A stretch of 63,363 nt of DNA, filler included, from Folioceros fuciformis (Eukaryota), in the NCBI GenBank assembly GCA_049999805.1. It is 4 parts of 3 records of this genome, joined end to end, with 100 filler letters (N's around TTAATTAATTAA, not from the genome) between each part and the next. Parts side by side here need not be neighbours in the genome. Positions count along the whole stretch, not along the records: positions 26,223 to 43,419 come from JBNGIO010005367.1; 3 more parts are not named here. One strand, given 5' to 3'. Each line of letters starts with the position of its first letter. The first letter of the stretch is position 1. Below, one piece after another: positions 26,995 to 37,540 of the stretch. Under the pieces are notes generated by a model that was not told where the DNA came from, did not search any database, and saw only the letters and a list, made by a program, of their open reading frames with translations. Both the position numbers and the translations under genes were made by a program.

Positions 26995-29900
26995 ATGGGC
27001 TGGTGCAGCTCGTGCGGCAAGGTGGTGGTCACCGAGCGGGACGAGATTAATGGCTTCACGTGAGCTCTTCATTTTGTGCTGCAGCTTCTTTTTCTGGCGA
27101 TTTTTTTTTTTGTTTTTCTATCTTGGTGGGTTCGTGATCACCCCGCTGTTTCATTTTGGGTGCCAGTTGCTGCACTGGATGCGGGCGGGTTCTGGATGAT
27201 AATGTTTACTCCTCGGATGTCACTTTTTCGAAGACTGCCGCTGGGCAGGTTTGGACCTTCGGGGAGCTCTGCTCTGTGTTGGGGGGAAGTCATCTTGTTT
27301 TGGCGGAATTCGTTGGTGTGATTCCTTTTGTCTTCTTGTGGCAGAGCCAAGCGGACGGAAATTTTGTGAGAGATTCTCAGCAAGGTGGTATTGGACGACT
27401 GGGAGGACGCACCTTTGGATCCCATTCAGATTCTCACGAGAAGACTTTGGGGAAAGGTGAAAATCGCCTTGGATTTTCTGCTCTGTACTTGTGGCTTGCG
27501 CTGTTGTAGTTGTGGAGAAACTGTTTGGTTCAGCTTATCACACTGAACCGCCGATTTTCAGGGAGGATGGAGATTGTGGAGATTGTGGATCGGCTTCAGA
27601 TAAAGCCGAAAGAGGATGCTATTAATGCAGCACACAGGCTATATACAGTAAGCTCTTCCAAGCTTTCCTCTAGGGTGCTTGCAGTGTGGTTCTTGTTTGC
27701 TCGGGTTTTGTGTTGAATCTCATCTTGTAGTACTTGGCTGTGCTTCACAGATAGCACTGGAGAGGAACTTCACCCGAGGTCGTCGAACAAATCAAGTAGC
27801 AGGCGCTTGTTTATACATTGTATGCCGGTAAACTTAGCTCCCCGATTTCAGGAGCTCAAGTTTCCATTTGGAGAAGTGATAAACTTGATCTTGTGGAAGG
27901 TCAAGGGTTTTTTTCTGAAGCTTTGTTGTTGCAGGCAGGACAGTAAACCTTACATGCTCATCGACTTCTCGGATAGTCTCCAAACCAATGTGTATGTTCC
28001 ACACAACCTTTCTGTGTTCACAATGCTGTTGGAGAGTCACCTTTTCATGAATTCCAGATATTTGCTTTGCGTAATTTCTGAGTGCTTGCGGTGTTTGTTT
28101 GGTGTTGCAAAGGCCATTTCAGGTATGTGCTAGGGGCTGTCTTTTTGCAGCTCTGTCGATTATTAAGGCTGGAGCAGCACCCAATCATGCAGAAGCCAGT
28201 TGATCCAAGCTTATTCATTCATAGATTTGCTGACCGTAAGATTACTTCCCAGGCAAATGCACTCGCTTCTGGTTTCAGCCCTCTCTGCTGAGGCATGAGC
28301 CCAAACACGCCAATGATCTGATGTAGTAGGAGTGGTACTTGATTGCAAGGGCACAGGACTGCATTTTGGGAAGAAAACGCATGCTGTTGCAAACACAGCT
28401 CTACGACTTGTTGCCAGTATGAAGAGAGACTGGATGCAGGTTTGAAAGGAGTGATAGACTTCAAGTTCTTGGCATCAGGCCTACAGAGGAACTGAACAGT
28501 AAGGTTTACACTGCTTGGTCATATATGCAGACTGGCAGAAGGCCAAGTGGGATATGTGGAGCAGCTTTATTCATATCATCACATATTCATGGATTTGAGC
28601 ACACCAAGAGCGATGTGGTACTATTTGCACTCTATACTCGATGACCTGCTGGTCCAATGTTTCATTGGAGAAGGACTTGTGTGTGTGAATCGGCAGCCTT
28701 GAGCTGCATTAGTTGCGATTTTTCTTAGAAGCTCGAGTGTTTTTGAGTGCAGGTAAGCGTTGTCCATATTTGTGAGGCTACCCTGAAAAAGCGACTTGAT
28801 GAGTTTGAGACCACAGAATCAGGCCAGCTTACTGTGAGTTGTGTTATCATGAAAACCATTTTGGTCAAGTATTTAAGGGCTACTTTGTGCAACTATGGCT
28901 GTGGAGTTTTTTTTTTCTGAAGATTGAGTTGGATTCGGTGTGGGCGTGCTTATCCCAGGCGGAGGAGTTTGAAGTTAAAGCTAAGGAGATTGAGCTCCAG
29001 ATGAGGACACTGGAAGCTCCTGCTGTGATTGCTGGTGGCATCACTGAGATTCTTTGTGAACACAAAGACTTTGGGGCAGCTCATTTTGCCCACGGCCTTT
29101 GCAGAGCCTGCTACGATGAGGTAACTGCTTTGGGCTGGTTGTACCTGGCATTCTGCTGGTGGCGTGTTGTGTCCAATACTGTTCCTTTGAAGTGGATTGG
29201 TCCAAAATCGCGATGCCTTCAAACAGGCGTTGTTTGAAACTGGACTCGCTGCTTTGCCAGTTTCAGACTAAAGCCCCTCAGTTGCTTTCCAGTCCAGCAG
29301 TCACCTGGCCCTCGATTTGAACATGCATAAGCTAATACAGAAGCATGTGCTTGACAATCGATGTTCTCTGATGTAGTAACAAGTGATTTTCAATGCCGCA
29401 GTTCGTTCGTGTTTCTGGTGGGATGCAAGGAGGTTCAGCTCCACCTGCTTTCCAACGAGCTGAGAAGCTTCGTCGAAAGGCTGAGGAAGCCGATGAAGTC
29501 CAAAGACTGAAGCTTGTAACTGTTCCCACTGACACGTCAGGGGAACCATCTACGTCTCAACCCGCCATCCAGGAGAGGCAGCGTATGAATAAGGTGGAAG
29601 TTCGTGATGAGGACAATGCGGTGAATAGGTCTAAGCACATCATGAAGGTCAAAGACCTGGAACCCAGAGATTCTCCGGAAGGTGTAGCACTTGGACATGA
29701 AGCAAAGGGTCCAGAATTTGGAAAACATACTTGTAATTGTGATAGGAGAAATGAGGCTGGAGAGTTGGGTAGCTTTGGCCCTTGTGATGTCCACCAGACC
29801 AAAGTTCCAGAAGGGGATGAAGCTGTGAACGGCACAGAAGAAACTCTCTCTGACATCGACGATGAAGAGGTACTTGCACTAGCACATGAAGACGAATCTT

Positions 29901-31199
29901 GTTGAGAGTACTTCAAGATTGCTCTGTATAGTCTTGGTCGGACGTCTTGTGTGTCAGTTCTTGACAGTGAAGTTTCGAATGAACAGGTGACTGGGTATCT
30001 CTTCAATGAGGAAGAAGTGAAACTGAAAACTGCACTTTGGATGCATATGAACAAGGATTACCTTGAGGTAAATATATTTTTGTGTCGTCGAGGCATTAGC
30101 TGAGTAGGGTGAAGTCGAGGAGTCAGCCATGAATTTTTTGTTCTTGCGTCATGCTGTTTTGCGCTCTCTCTGAATGACTTTGTCACTTTGTGTGCTTCAG
30201 GCGCAGGAAGCAAAGTCAGCAGCCCTTGCCAAAGTTGAAGCTGCACAGGCAGCCGCCTTGGCTGCTGCTGCGTCAAATGATGCCAGTGCAGCGGAACTTG
30301 CGGCTGCAGTGGCTGCAGCGCTCGATAAGCAGAAGAAGGTCCGTAAGAGTTGTGTGCAATTCGTCCCCGGAAGGAATTTCCTCGTGCATGATGCTAGATG
30401 GCCCTGCCGTTCCTCCTTTGCCGCTCCTTTCGTGAAGATGATTTCCGCTAGCCTAGCCTGTTTCTTTGGCTTCTTGGCGTTTTTTCATGAAATGAACTTT
30501 AGTGCGGTCAACCTTTGCTAATGAAACCAGGTTAACTGTTGTGGTGTCGTCGTTGAAAGCAGGAACGGAAGCAAAGAAGAGCTGAAAATGCGAGTAAAAG
30601 GCTCCCAGCTGAGAGTGCCGTTGAGGCCACACGTCGGATGCTAGAAAGGAAGGTCGGAACATTCGGTGTTTATGGATTTTGGAAATTGCACACTGGGCAG
30701 CTTCCCCTTGTAGTTGCTCAACTGAAGTCTCTTGGTGCTGGTTGCAGAGATTGAGCTCAAAGGTGAACTACGATGTGTTAGCAAAGCTGTTCGATCCGGT
30801 AACAGTCACCTTACTCTACGTATATTACAATGTGCTTGCGGTTCCTTCTGCACATGTTCGACTCCGCCTGCTTGGCTTAATCTTCGCGCTTTTACGTTCT
30901 TGCAGGAGTCAGACAATGTGGTTGATGAGCCCGGAAATGTGAAAGAGAGCCCTTGGGACGGTGATGCTGCGAAAAGAATGCGGAGTATGAGTGGTGAGGC
31001 GGTTCCAAGTTCCACGTCTGGGGTCACAGTGGACAAGGAACAGGAACATTCAACAGTCACCTTGAATGAACCAGTGAACCAGCCGAGCGACGGAGAAGAT
31101 GATGACGGAAGCGTGGAAGATGCTGGGGGTAGTGAGCCATCCAAGTATCGCCTTCGTTATGATGGGAACGACGAGTATGAGGAGGATGATTATTATTGA
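26995..31199 (+). CDS. BRF1: TFIIIB subunit BRF1 (TFIIB-related factor), multi-exon
   Basis: Zinc ribbon MGWCSSCGK / CCTGCGRVLDDNVYSSDVTFSKTAAGQ; cyclin-fold exons (NFTRGRRTNQVAGACLYIVCR, KPYMLIDFSD, VDPSLFIHRF, MKRDWMQ, TGRRPSGICGAAL); plant motif LCEHKD...HFAHGLCRACYDE; ETLSDIDDEEV; RLSSKVNYDVL. GT-AG introns; stop TGA at 31197-31199. Confidence 0.93.
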
Positions 31200-31618
31200 T
31201 CGGGCTCTGAGAGTGTACACTAGCAGGTCATACATTGTTAAAGCAACAACCACATGTCGCGAATGCAGCAAGGGAATTCTTTGGAGTACAATCATCTCCC
31301 TCCTCGGTCTCAGGAAGCGAGGATTGTAGGGGAGGATGTACCCTTGCTGGCGGGCAAGATCTGTCACTTCCAAGCCAGGAGTTTCGCAACACATGTTTGA
31401 GAGGGTTCCTCTTCCTCTGGAATTGAAACCCTCAGCACTGGAAGTTGTCAGGCAAGCAAGCAGTTCAGCCAGTATCAGTAGCTGCGTTTATGAGCACGAA
31501 GGTGCTCAGCCGCAGACCTTACTGCCGCGCTTGTACTATGTTAATTCTTGTGATAAGCTTGTCAGCCTTGTAGCATTTATCGGAGTTTGCATTCTTCAGG
31601 CATTAAGGGGAGTCACCT

Positions 31619-34543
31619 TTAATGCCGGTCTCCGCACGAGCAAGAGCCATCCAAAAAGCGATGGACTCGATGACCGTCTCTCACGACAATCTCTCGCCTC
31701 TCCAGACGGGACATGACCTTTGTGCTGCTATGGCAGTCATTGCACATCCGCAGATTCTTAGTAACAAACAACGTGGTACCGTCCGGTGTGTTCAGGAGAC
31801 CGTATGCCAAAGCCAGTTTCTCTGCATGACCGCATAGAGCGTCCTCCTTCTCCTGCTCAGAGACAGGCTTCAAGACGAGCTCTGTTTGAGGAACATGGCC
31901 CCCTTCATCCTTCAACCTCATGTTCACACTCCTCAGCGTTGTCCAAATGTCGGTTCTATCTTCTCCTACTGTGAACTCATGGACTTGTCTATCTACTTCA
32001 ATGCATGCTTTTGCAGGCTTCTTCAGCGCACCTGCTGCCTTTCTTAGCATCTCCACACTGTCCACATCATCCCACCTGCCAGCACTTGCATAGATGGTTC
32101 CCAAGAGGACGTAGGGGCTAGCATCTGTAGGATCCAATGCTACAAGTCGGTCGAAGCATCGCCTTCCTCGCTCGAGATCGCCATAGCCCTTGCAAGCGCT
32201 CAGTAGAGCTGTCCAGGCCACAGAGTCATTTACAACGGACGCGCTTTCCAGCATGTCCTCAGCGTCGTCTAGTTGGCCTGACCGGCCGAGGAGATCAACC
32301 ATGCAGCTGTAGTGATAGTTATTAGGCACAATCCTGTATTCCTCCATCATCCTGAAATACCTCTGGCCCTCCTGCACCAGGCCCGCGTGACTGCAAGCCA
32401 CTAAGAGACAGAGAAAAGTCGTCTCGTCTGGGATGATTCCTTGCTGTAGCATTGTTTCGAAGCACTGTATGGCCATGGGGCCGTCGCTGTGTACAGCATA
32501 TCCATTGAGCATGGCAGTCCATGTCACCACATCTCTTTTGGGTAAACTGTGAAAAACTTCGACAGCATCCTCCAAACTCCCACACTTTACATACATGTCC
32601 ACGAGCCCGTTCCCAAGTTGCCCATCGTCTTCAAGTCCTCCATCCCGAATCTGAATGTGAAGCTGCTTCCCAAGCTGGACTGCTCCTGCTGAGGCACATG
32701 CCTGAAGCAGGGACAGAAACGTGACACGATTTGCAGGTGTAACGCCCTCATGTCGCATAGACGCATACAAAGCCAGAGCTTCGTGCCCAAGCCCCTGCTG
32801 AGAGTATCCTGAGATCATGCAATTCCATGTGACAACGTCTTTGCTGGTCAAACTGTCGAAGACTTCTCGAGCCTCTTTCAAGCTTCCACATTTAGCATAC
32901 ATATTGACCAAGCAGTTGCCAATGAGCACATCAGGTTCGAGACCTCTTTCCCGAATCTGTAAGTGGATCTCCTTCCCCTGCTGCAGAGCTCCTACAGTTG
33001 TGCATGCTTGAACTAGACACAAAAACGTGACACGGTCGCCTAGGGTTACACCTTCGTGCTGCATACTTTCGTACACCGCCAGAGCTTCTCTACCTTGTCC
33101 CTGCTGTGTATATCCTGCTATCATGGAGTTCCATGTCACCACGTCTCTCCTTGGCAAACGATCAAACACTTTCCGTGCATCCACCAAGCTCCCACATTTC
33201 GCATACATATTCACCAAGGAGTTACCAATGACTGCATCGCCTTCCAACCCTCTCCCACGAATCTGTAAGTGTAAAGCCCTCCCTTGGTTAAGCGAGACCA
33301 CACTGGCACAAGCTTGAAGAAGGGAAACGAATGTCACATGATCTGCTACCACCATGCCTTCCTGTCGCATACTCTCATACAATGCCAGTGCTTCTCCTCC
33401 CAGGCCCTGCTGACTATATCCTGCTATGATGGCATTCCATGTCACCACGTTCCTCCTGGGCAGGCTGTCAAACACGTTCCGAGCCTCCTCCAAGCTCCCA
33501 CATTTAGCATACATGTTCACTAGGCTGGTGGCAACAAACACATCCTCCTTCACAACATTTGCCGGGATATCAGCATGCACCTGATTCCCAGAAGCCAGGT
33601 CCTCGGCCTCAGCACAAGCCTTCAGGGCTGCCACGAAGATCCTATTGTCCGGCTTCACACTCCCTGCTCGCATCTGCTTGTAAAGGCTGACAGCCTGGGA
33701 GGGCTGCCCAAGCCGAGCATGCGCCAGGATAATGGACGACCACACGTAGAGGTCAGGCCTGTTCACCTTGGTGAAAACCTGCACTGCGTCCTCCAACTTG
33801 CCATGAGCGGCATACATCCCAATGATCTGTGTGGCCAAATATGCATTAGACTGGAACCCACATTCCACAGCCAGAGCATGAACTCGCCTACCACATCCAA
33901 GATCCTTGTCCGCCAAGCACCTCCTGAGGACTCTGTGTAACACAGGAGCATTGACATGACATCCCCGCTGTACCAGCAGCTCCAAGGCTTGAACGGAATC
34001 ACTGAGCACCGCATCCTCGCACCGTTTCCTCAGCGCTTCCACCTCACAATTCGAAGCCTCTCTTCCGTCTCCTTCCTCACCTCCTTTCACCGCTACACCC
34101 CACCCGGCCAGCTGCGAGTCCACCCAAGCTGGCTTAAGGGTGTTGTCAAGCCACAGCGGCTCCCTGGAGATCTTGTGCCTGAAGTCTGGATGCCGGGGGC
34201 TCTTCTTGCCCACCCTGTTGTCCCACCATTCCGACGGGTCCGCAAACAGATGTCGCCACAGGAGCTCCTGCCGTTCTTTCTGACTGATGCCTTCGTCTTT
34301 GCAATTGCCACCTGCCTCCCCTGGCCGCTGATTGCAGTCTCCTGAACCTCCTTGCCTGTTGCCTGGTAGGCCATAGCGGAACTCACATCCGGAATTCGCC
34401 CAAACCGGGCTCAGCTTCCGTGACCTCAAAGTGGTGGGCGTGTGGAAGATCGCAGACCGTGCCTGAATCACTCCTGTGCCGGAAACCGAATATAAGAAAT
34501 CTTGCGCTGGTGACAACAAAGGCAGCTCCAGCTGCATTGCCAT
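31619..34543 (-). CDS. PLS-class PPR protein with DYW:KP (DRH-type) deaminase domain and N-terminal PDF motif; candidate U-to-C organellar RNA editing factor
   Basis: Intronless 974-aa ORF with ~17 P/L/S repeats, E1/E2, KKPAKACIEV in place of the PG box, HAEKLA...CNDC and C-terminal DRH. Residues ~89-146 read LWRHLFADPSEWWDNR...HPDFRHK...LWL...PAWV. Confidence 0.95.
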   Translation of the reverse strand: MAMQLELPLLSPAQDFLYSVSGTGVIQARSAIFHTPTTLRSRKLSPVWANSGCEFRYGLPGNRQGGSGDCNQRPGEAGGNCKDEGISQKERQELLWRHLFADPSEWWDNRVGKKSPRHPDFRHKISREPLWLDNTLKPAWVDSQLAGWGVAVKGGEEGDGREASNCEVEALRKRCEDAVLSDSVQALELLVQRGCHVNAPVLHRVLRRCLADKDLGCGRRVHALAVECGFQSNAYLATQIIGMYAAHGKLEDAVQVFTKVNRPDLYVWSSIILAHARLGQPSQAVSLYKQMRAGSVKPDNRIFVAALKACAEAEDLASGNQVHADIPANVVKEDVFVATSLVNMYAKCGSLEEARNVFDSLPRRNVVTWNAIIAGYSQQGLGGEALALYESMRQEGMVVADHVTFVSLLQACASVVSLNQGRALHLQIRGRGLEGDAVIGNSLVNMYAKCGSLVDARKVFDRLPRRDVVTWNSMIAGYTQQGQGREALAVYESMQHEGVTLGDRVTFLCLVQACTTVGALQQGKEIHLQIRERGLEPDVLIGNCLVNMYAKCGSLKEAREVFDSLTSKDVVTWNCMISGYSQQGLGHEALALYASMRHEGVTPANRVTFLSLLQACASAGAVQLGKQLHIQIRDGGLEDDGQLGNGLVDMYVKCGSLEDAVEVFHSLPKRDVVTWTAMLNGYAVHSDGPMAIQCFETMLQQGIIPDETTFLCLLVACSHAGLVQEGQRYFRMMEEYRIVPNNYHYSCMVDLLGRSGQLDDAEDMLESASVVNDSVAWTALLSACKGYGDLERGRRCFDRLVALDPTDASPYVLLGTIYASAGRWDDVDSVEMLRKAAGALKKPAKACIEVDRQVHEFTVGEDRTDIWTTLRSVNMRLKDEGGHVPQTELVLKPVSEQEKEDALCGHAEKLALAYGLLNTPDGTTLFVTKNLRMCNDCHSSTKVMSRLERREIVVRDGHRVHRFLDGSCSCGDRH

Positions 34544-34631
34544 GAAACCGTCGAGAATTCTGGGAAAACCGGTGTATCAATAGCGAGAAAATCTGTGGAA
34601 GCCAGAATACTGAAGAAAGTGAAAACACACG

Positions 34632-37508
34632 ATGCCATTGCAAAGGGAGCTCGTTTCCCAGCCACCCTCTGCTCTCCAGTGGTCGTCCAGCATGATCTGT
34701 ACTAAGCAGAGTCCTGCCTGGGTGAATGTCGGGTGTGTTTCTAGCAACGGCCTTACAGCCAAACAAGCAACCAGTTCAGATCTCTGTTCAGCTTCTGGTT
34801 TTGCTGGTCCTGCTGTTGCTGTTTATAGCTGTGTCAGTGAAGGAGTGGGGCATAAAGAGCGGCAGGCGCTACTGTGGGAGCACTTCTTCTTCGATCCCTC
34901 TGATTGGTGGGACAACAGGGCGGACAAAAGAAGCCCCCGGCATCCTGACTTCAGGCACAAGACCTCCAAAGAGCCCCTATGGCTCAACAGCTCTCACAAG
35001 CCTGCGTGGGTGGATTCGGAGCTGGCCAGTTTGGATGTTCGAATGGGGGGGCCTCGGGTTTGTAGTCTGGGAAATGACGAAGAACAGAAAGCAATACTTC
35101 AGGCGTGCGAGGAGAGCGATCTGAGGAAAGCTGTAGAAAAGCTGGATTTCCTGGTGCACGGGGGATGCCATGTGACCGCAGGTGTCTTCTACCGGTTCCT
35201 GAAGAGGTGCATAGTGCAGAAGGATATTGTTTATGGTAGAAGAATCCACACTCTGACAGTCAGGTGTGGGTACGAGTCCAATGCATTCTTGGCCAACCAG
35301 ATAATTGGGATGTATGCTGGTCACGGCAAACTGGAGGATGCAGTGCAGGTATTCAACAAAGTGAGTGTCCCCGATGTGTACATGTGGTCCTCCATCATTT
35401 TTGCGCATGCCAGACATGGAGAATCTGAAAGGGCTGTCAAGCTCTATCTAAAGATGCGAGAAGGAAGCGTGAAGGCTGATAACCATATCTTCGTGGCAGC
35501 TCTGACAGCGTGTGCCTCGGCTGAGGACCTGGATTCTGGCAAGCAGGTGCATGCTGACATTCAGGCGAGTGCTGTGAAGCCAGACACTTTTGTTGCCACC
35601 AGCCTGGTCAACATGTATGCGAAATGCGGTAGCTTAGAGGATGCTAGAAAGGTGTTTGATTGTTTGCCCAGCAGGAATGTGGAGACATGGAACGCCATCA
35701 TAGGAGGATACAGTCAGAGAGGCCTTGCAAAAGAAGCGCTCAACCTGTATGGACGTATGCAGCATGCTGGATCAACATTGCCCAATAATGTTACGTTTGT
35801 TTGCCTTCTTCAAGCATGTGCAAGCCTAGGGGACCTTCAGCAAGGGAAACAGCTTCACTCGCAGATTCGTGAGCGAGGATTTGAAGCTGACGCAGTCATC
35901 GGTAACTGCTTGGTGAACATGTACGCGAAATGCGGGGACCTGAAGGCTGCTCGCAATGTTTTTGATGGGTTGCCAAGGAGAGATTTGGTGACCTGGAATG
36001 CTATGATCGCAGGGTATTCTCAGCAGGGGCTCGGGCGAGAAGCCCTGGCTCTGTATGCAAGTATGCAGGATGATGGCATGACTCTCGCAAGTCATGTTAC
36101 ATTCGTATGCCTTCTTCAAGCCTGTGCCAGCTTAGGAGCACTACAGCAGGGAAAACAGCTGCACTCCCAGATCCGAGAAAGAAACCTTGAAGCTGACCCT
36201 TACATTGGCAGCTGCCTGGTGGACATGTATTCAAAATGTGGGAGCTTGGAGGATGCTCGGGACGTTTTCGACAGATTGCCGGTGAAGAATCTGGTGACAT
36301 GCACTGCCATGATTGCTGGATATACTCAGCAGGGGCTGGGCAGGGAAGCGTTGTCTCTTTTCTCAAGTATGCAGGTTGAAGGCAGCATTCCAGTGGATCG
36401 TGTGACATTCATCTGCCTACTTCAGGCTTGCGCCAGTGTGGGAGCACTGCAGCTGGGGAAGCAGATTCATGCCCAGCTTCGAGAAAGAGATCTTGAAGCT
36501 GATGCTAGAGTTGGTAACTGCCTGGTGGACATGTATGCAAAATGCGGGAGCTTGGAGGATGCTCGCAACGTGTTTGACAGCTTGCCAACAAGGGATTTAG
36601 TGACGTGGACCACCTTGCTGAATGGGTACGCTGAACATGGTGACGGTGCCATGGCAATGACATGTTTCGAGCAGATGCTTCACCAAGGTGTCCAGCCAGA
36701 TGAGACGACTTTCATTTGCCTCTTCGTGGCATGCAGTCATGCAGGTCTGGTCCACGAGGGCCAGGAGTATTTCAGGAGCATGGTGGAGGACCATGGGATT
36801 GTGCCATCAGATCGACACTACAGTTGCTTGGTTGATCTCCTGAGTCGGTCCGGCCAGCTGGATGCGGCTGAAAACGTGCTGCGAACCACTGCGGTTGGTA
36901 ATGACGTCGTGGCGTGGACAGCTTTGCTGAGTGCTTGCAAAAGCTACGGTGATGTGGAACGTGGAAGACGATGCTTTGACAGTCTTGTGGCCATGGAAGC
37001 AGAGGATGCAAGTTGGTATGTGTTACTGGGGAACATATATGCGAACGCCAGCAGGTGGGACGAGGTGAGCAGGATAGAAAGCATGAGGAAATCAGCAGGT
37101 GCTGTGAAAAAGCCTGCAAGGGCTTGCATTGAAGTGAAGAACGAGGTGCACGAGTTCACAGTAGGGCAGAAGAGACCTGATATTTCCTCACACCTCCAGA
37201 GCGTCAATACGAGACTGAAAGAAGGCGGGCACTTGCCACAGACCGAGTTGGTTCTGAGGGCCATGTCGGAGCTAGAAAAGGAGGATGCCCTGTGCGGGCA
37301 TGCGGAGAAATTGGCCCTTGCCTACGGTCTGCTCAACACACCAGATGGCGCAACTTTGCTTGTCACCAAAAATTTGCGTATGTGCAATGACTGTCACAGT
37401 AGCACCAAGATCATGTCCCGTCTCGAGAAGCGAGAGATCATCGTGCGAGATGCCCATCGGGTGCATCGATTTCAAGATGGCAGTTGCTCTTGCAGGGATC
37501 GGCACTGA
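34632..37508 (+). CDS. PLS-class PPR protein with DYW:KP (DRH-type) domain and N-terminal PDF motif; candidate U-to-C editing factor
   Basis: Intronless 958-aa ORF with the same architecture: PDF motif (34854-35027), ~17 PLS repeats, KKPARACIEV, HAEKLA, CNDC, DRH. Confidence 0.95.
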   Translation: MPLQRELVSQPPSALQWSSSMICTKQSPAWVNVGCVSSNGLTAKQATSSDLCSASGFAGPAVAVYSCVSEGVGHKERQALLWEHFFFDPSDWWDNRADKRSPRHPDFRHKTSKEPLWLNSSHKPAWVDSELASLDVRMGGPRVCSLGNDEEQKAILQACEESDLRKAVEKLDFLVHGGCHVTAGVFYRFLKRCIVQKDIVYGRRIHTLTVRCGYESNAFLANQIIGMYAGHGKLEDAVQVFNKVSVPDVYMWSSIIFAHARHGESERAVKLYLKMREGSVKADNHIFVAALTACASAEDLDSGKQVHADIQASAVKPDTFVATSLVNMYAKCGSLEDARKVFDCLPSRNVETWNAIIGGYSQRGLAKEALNLYGRMQHAGSTLPNNVTFVCLLQACASLGDLQQGKQLHSQIRERGFEADAVIGNCLVNMYAKCGDLKAARNVFDGLPRRDLVTWNAMIAGYSQQGLGREALALYASMQDDGMTLASHVTFVCLLQACASLGALQQGKQLHSQIRERNLEADPYIGSCLVDMYSKCGSLEDARDVFDRLPVKNLVTCTAMIAGYTQQGLGREALSLFSSMQVEGSIPVDRVTFICLLQACASVGALQLGKQIHAQLRERDLEADARVGNCLVDMYAKCGSLEDARNVFDSLPTRDLVTWTTLLNGYAEHGDGAMAMTCFEQMLHQGVQPDETTFICLFVACSHAGLVHEGQEYFRSMVEDHGIVPSDRHYSCLVDLLSRSGQLDAAENVLRTTAVGNDVVAWTALLSACKSYGDVERGRRCFDSLVAMEAEDASWYVLLGNIYANASRWDEVSRIESMRKSAGAVKKPARACIEVKNEVHEFTVGQKRPDISSHLQSVNTRLKEGGHLPQTELVLRAMSELEKEDALCGHAEKLALAYGLLNTPDGATLLVTKNLRMCNDCHSSTKIMSRLEKREIIVRDAHRVHRFQDGSCSCRDRH

Positions 37509-37540
37509 CAACCCCGAGTCTGATGGAAGTCTGACAACCC

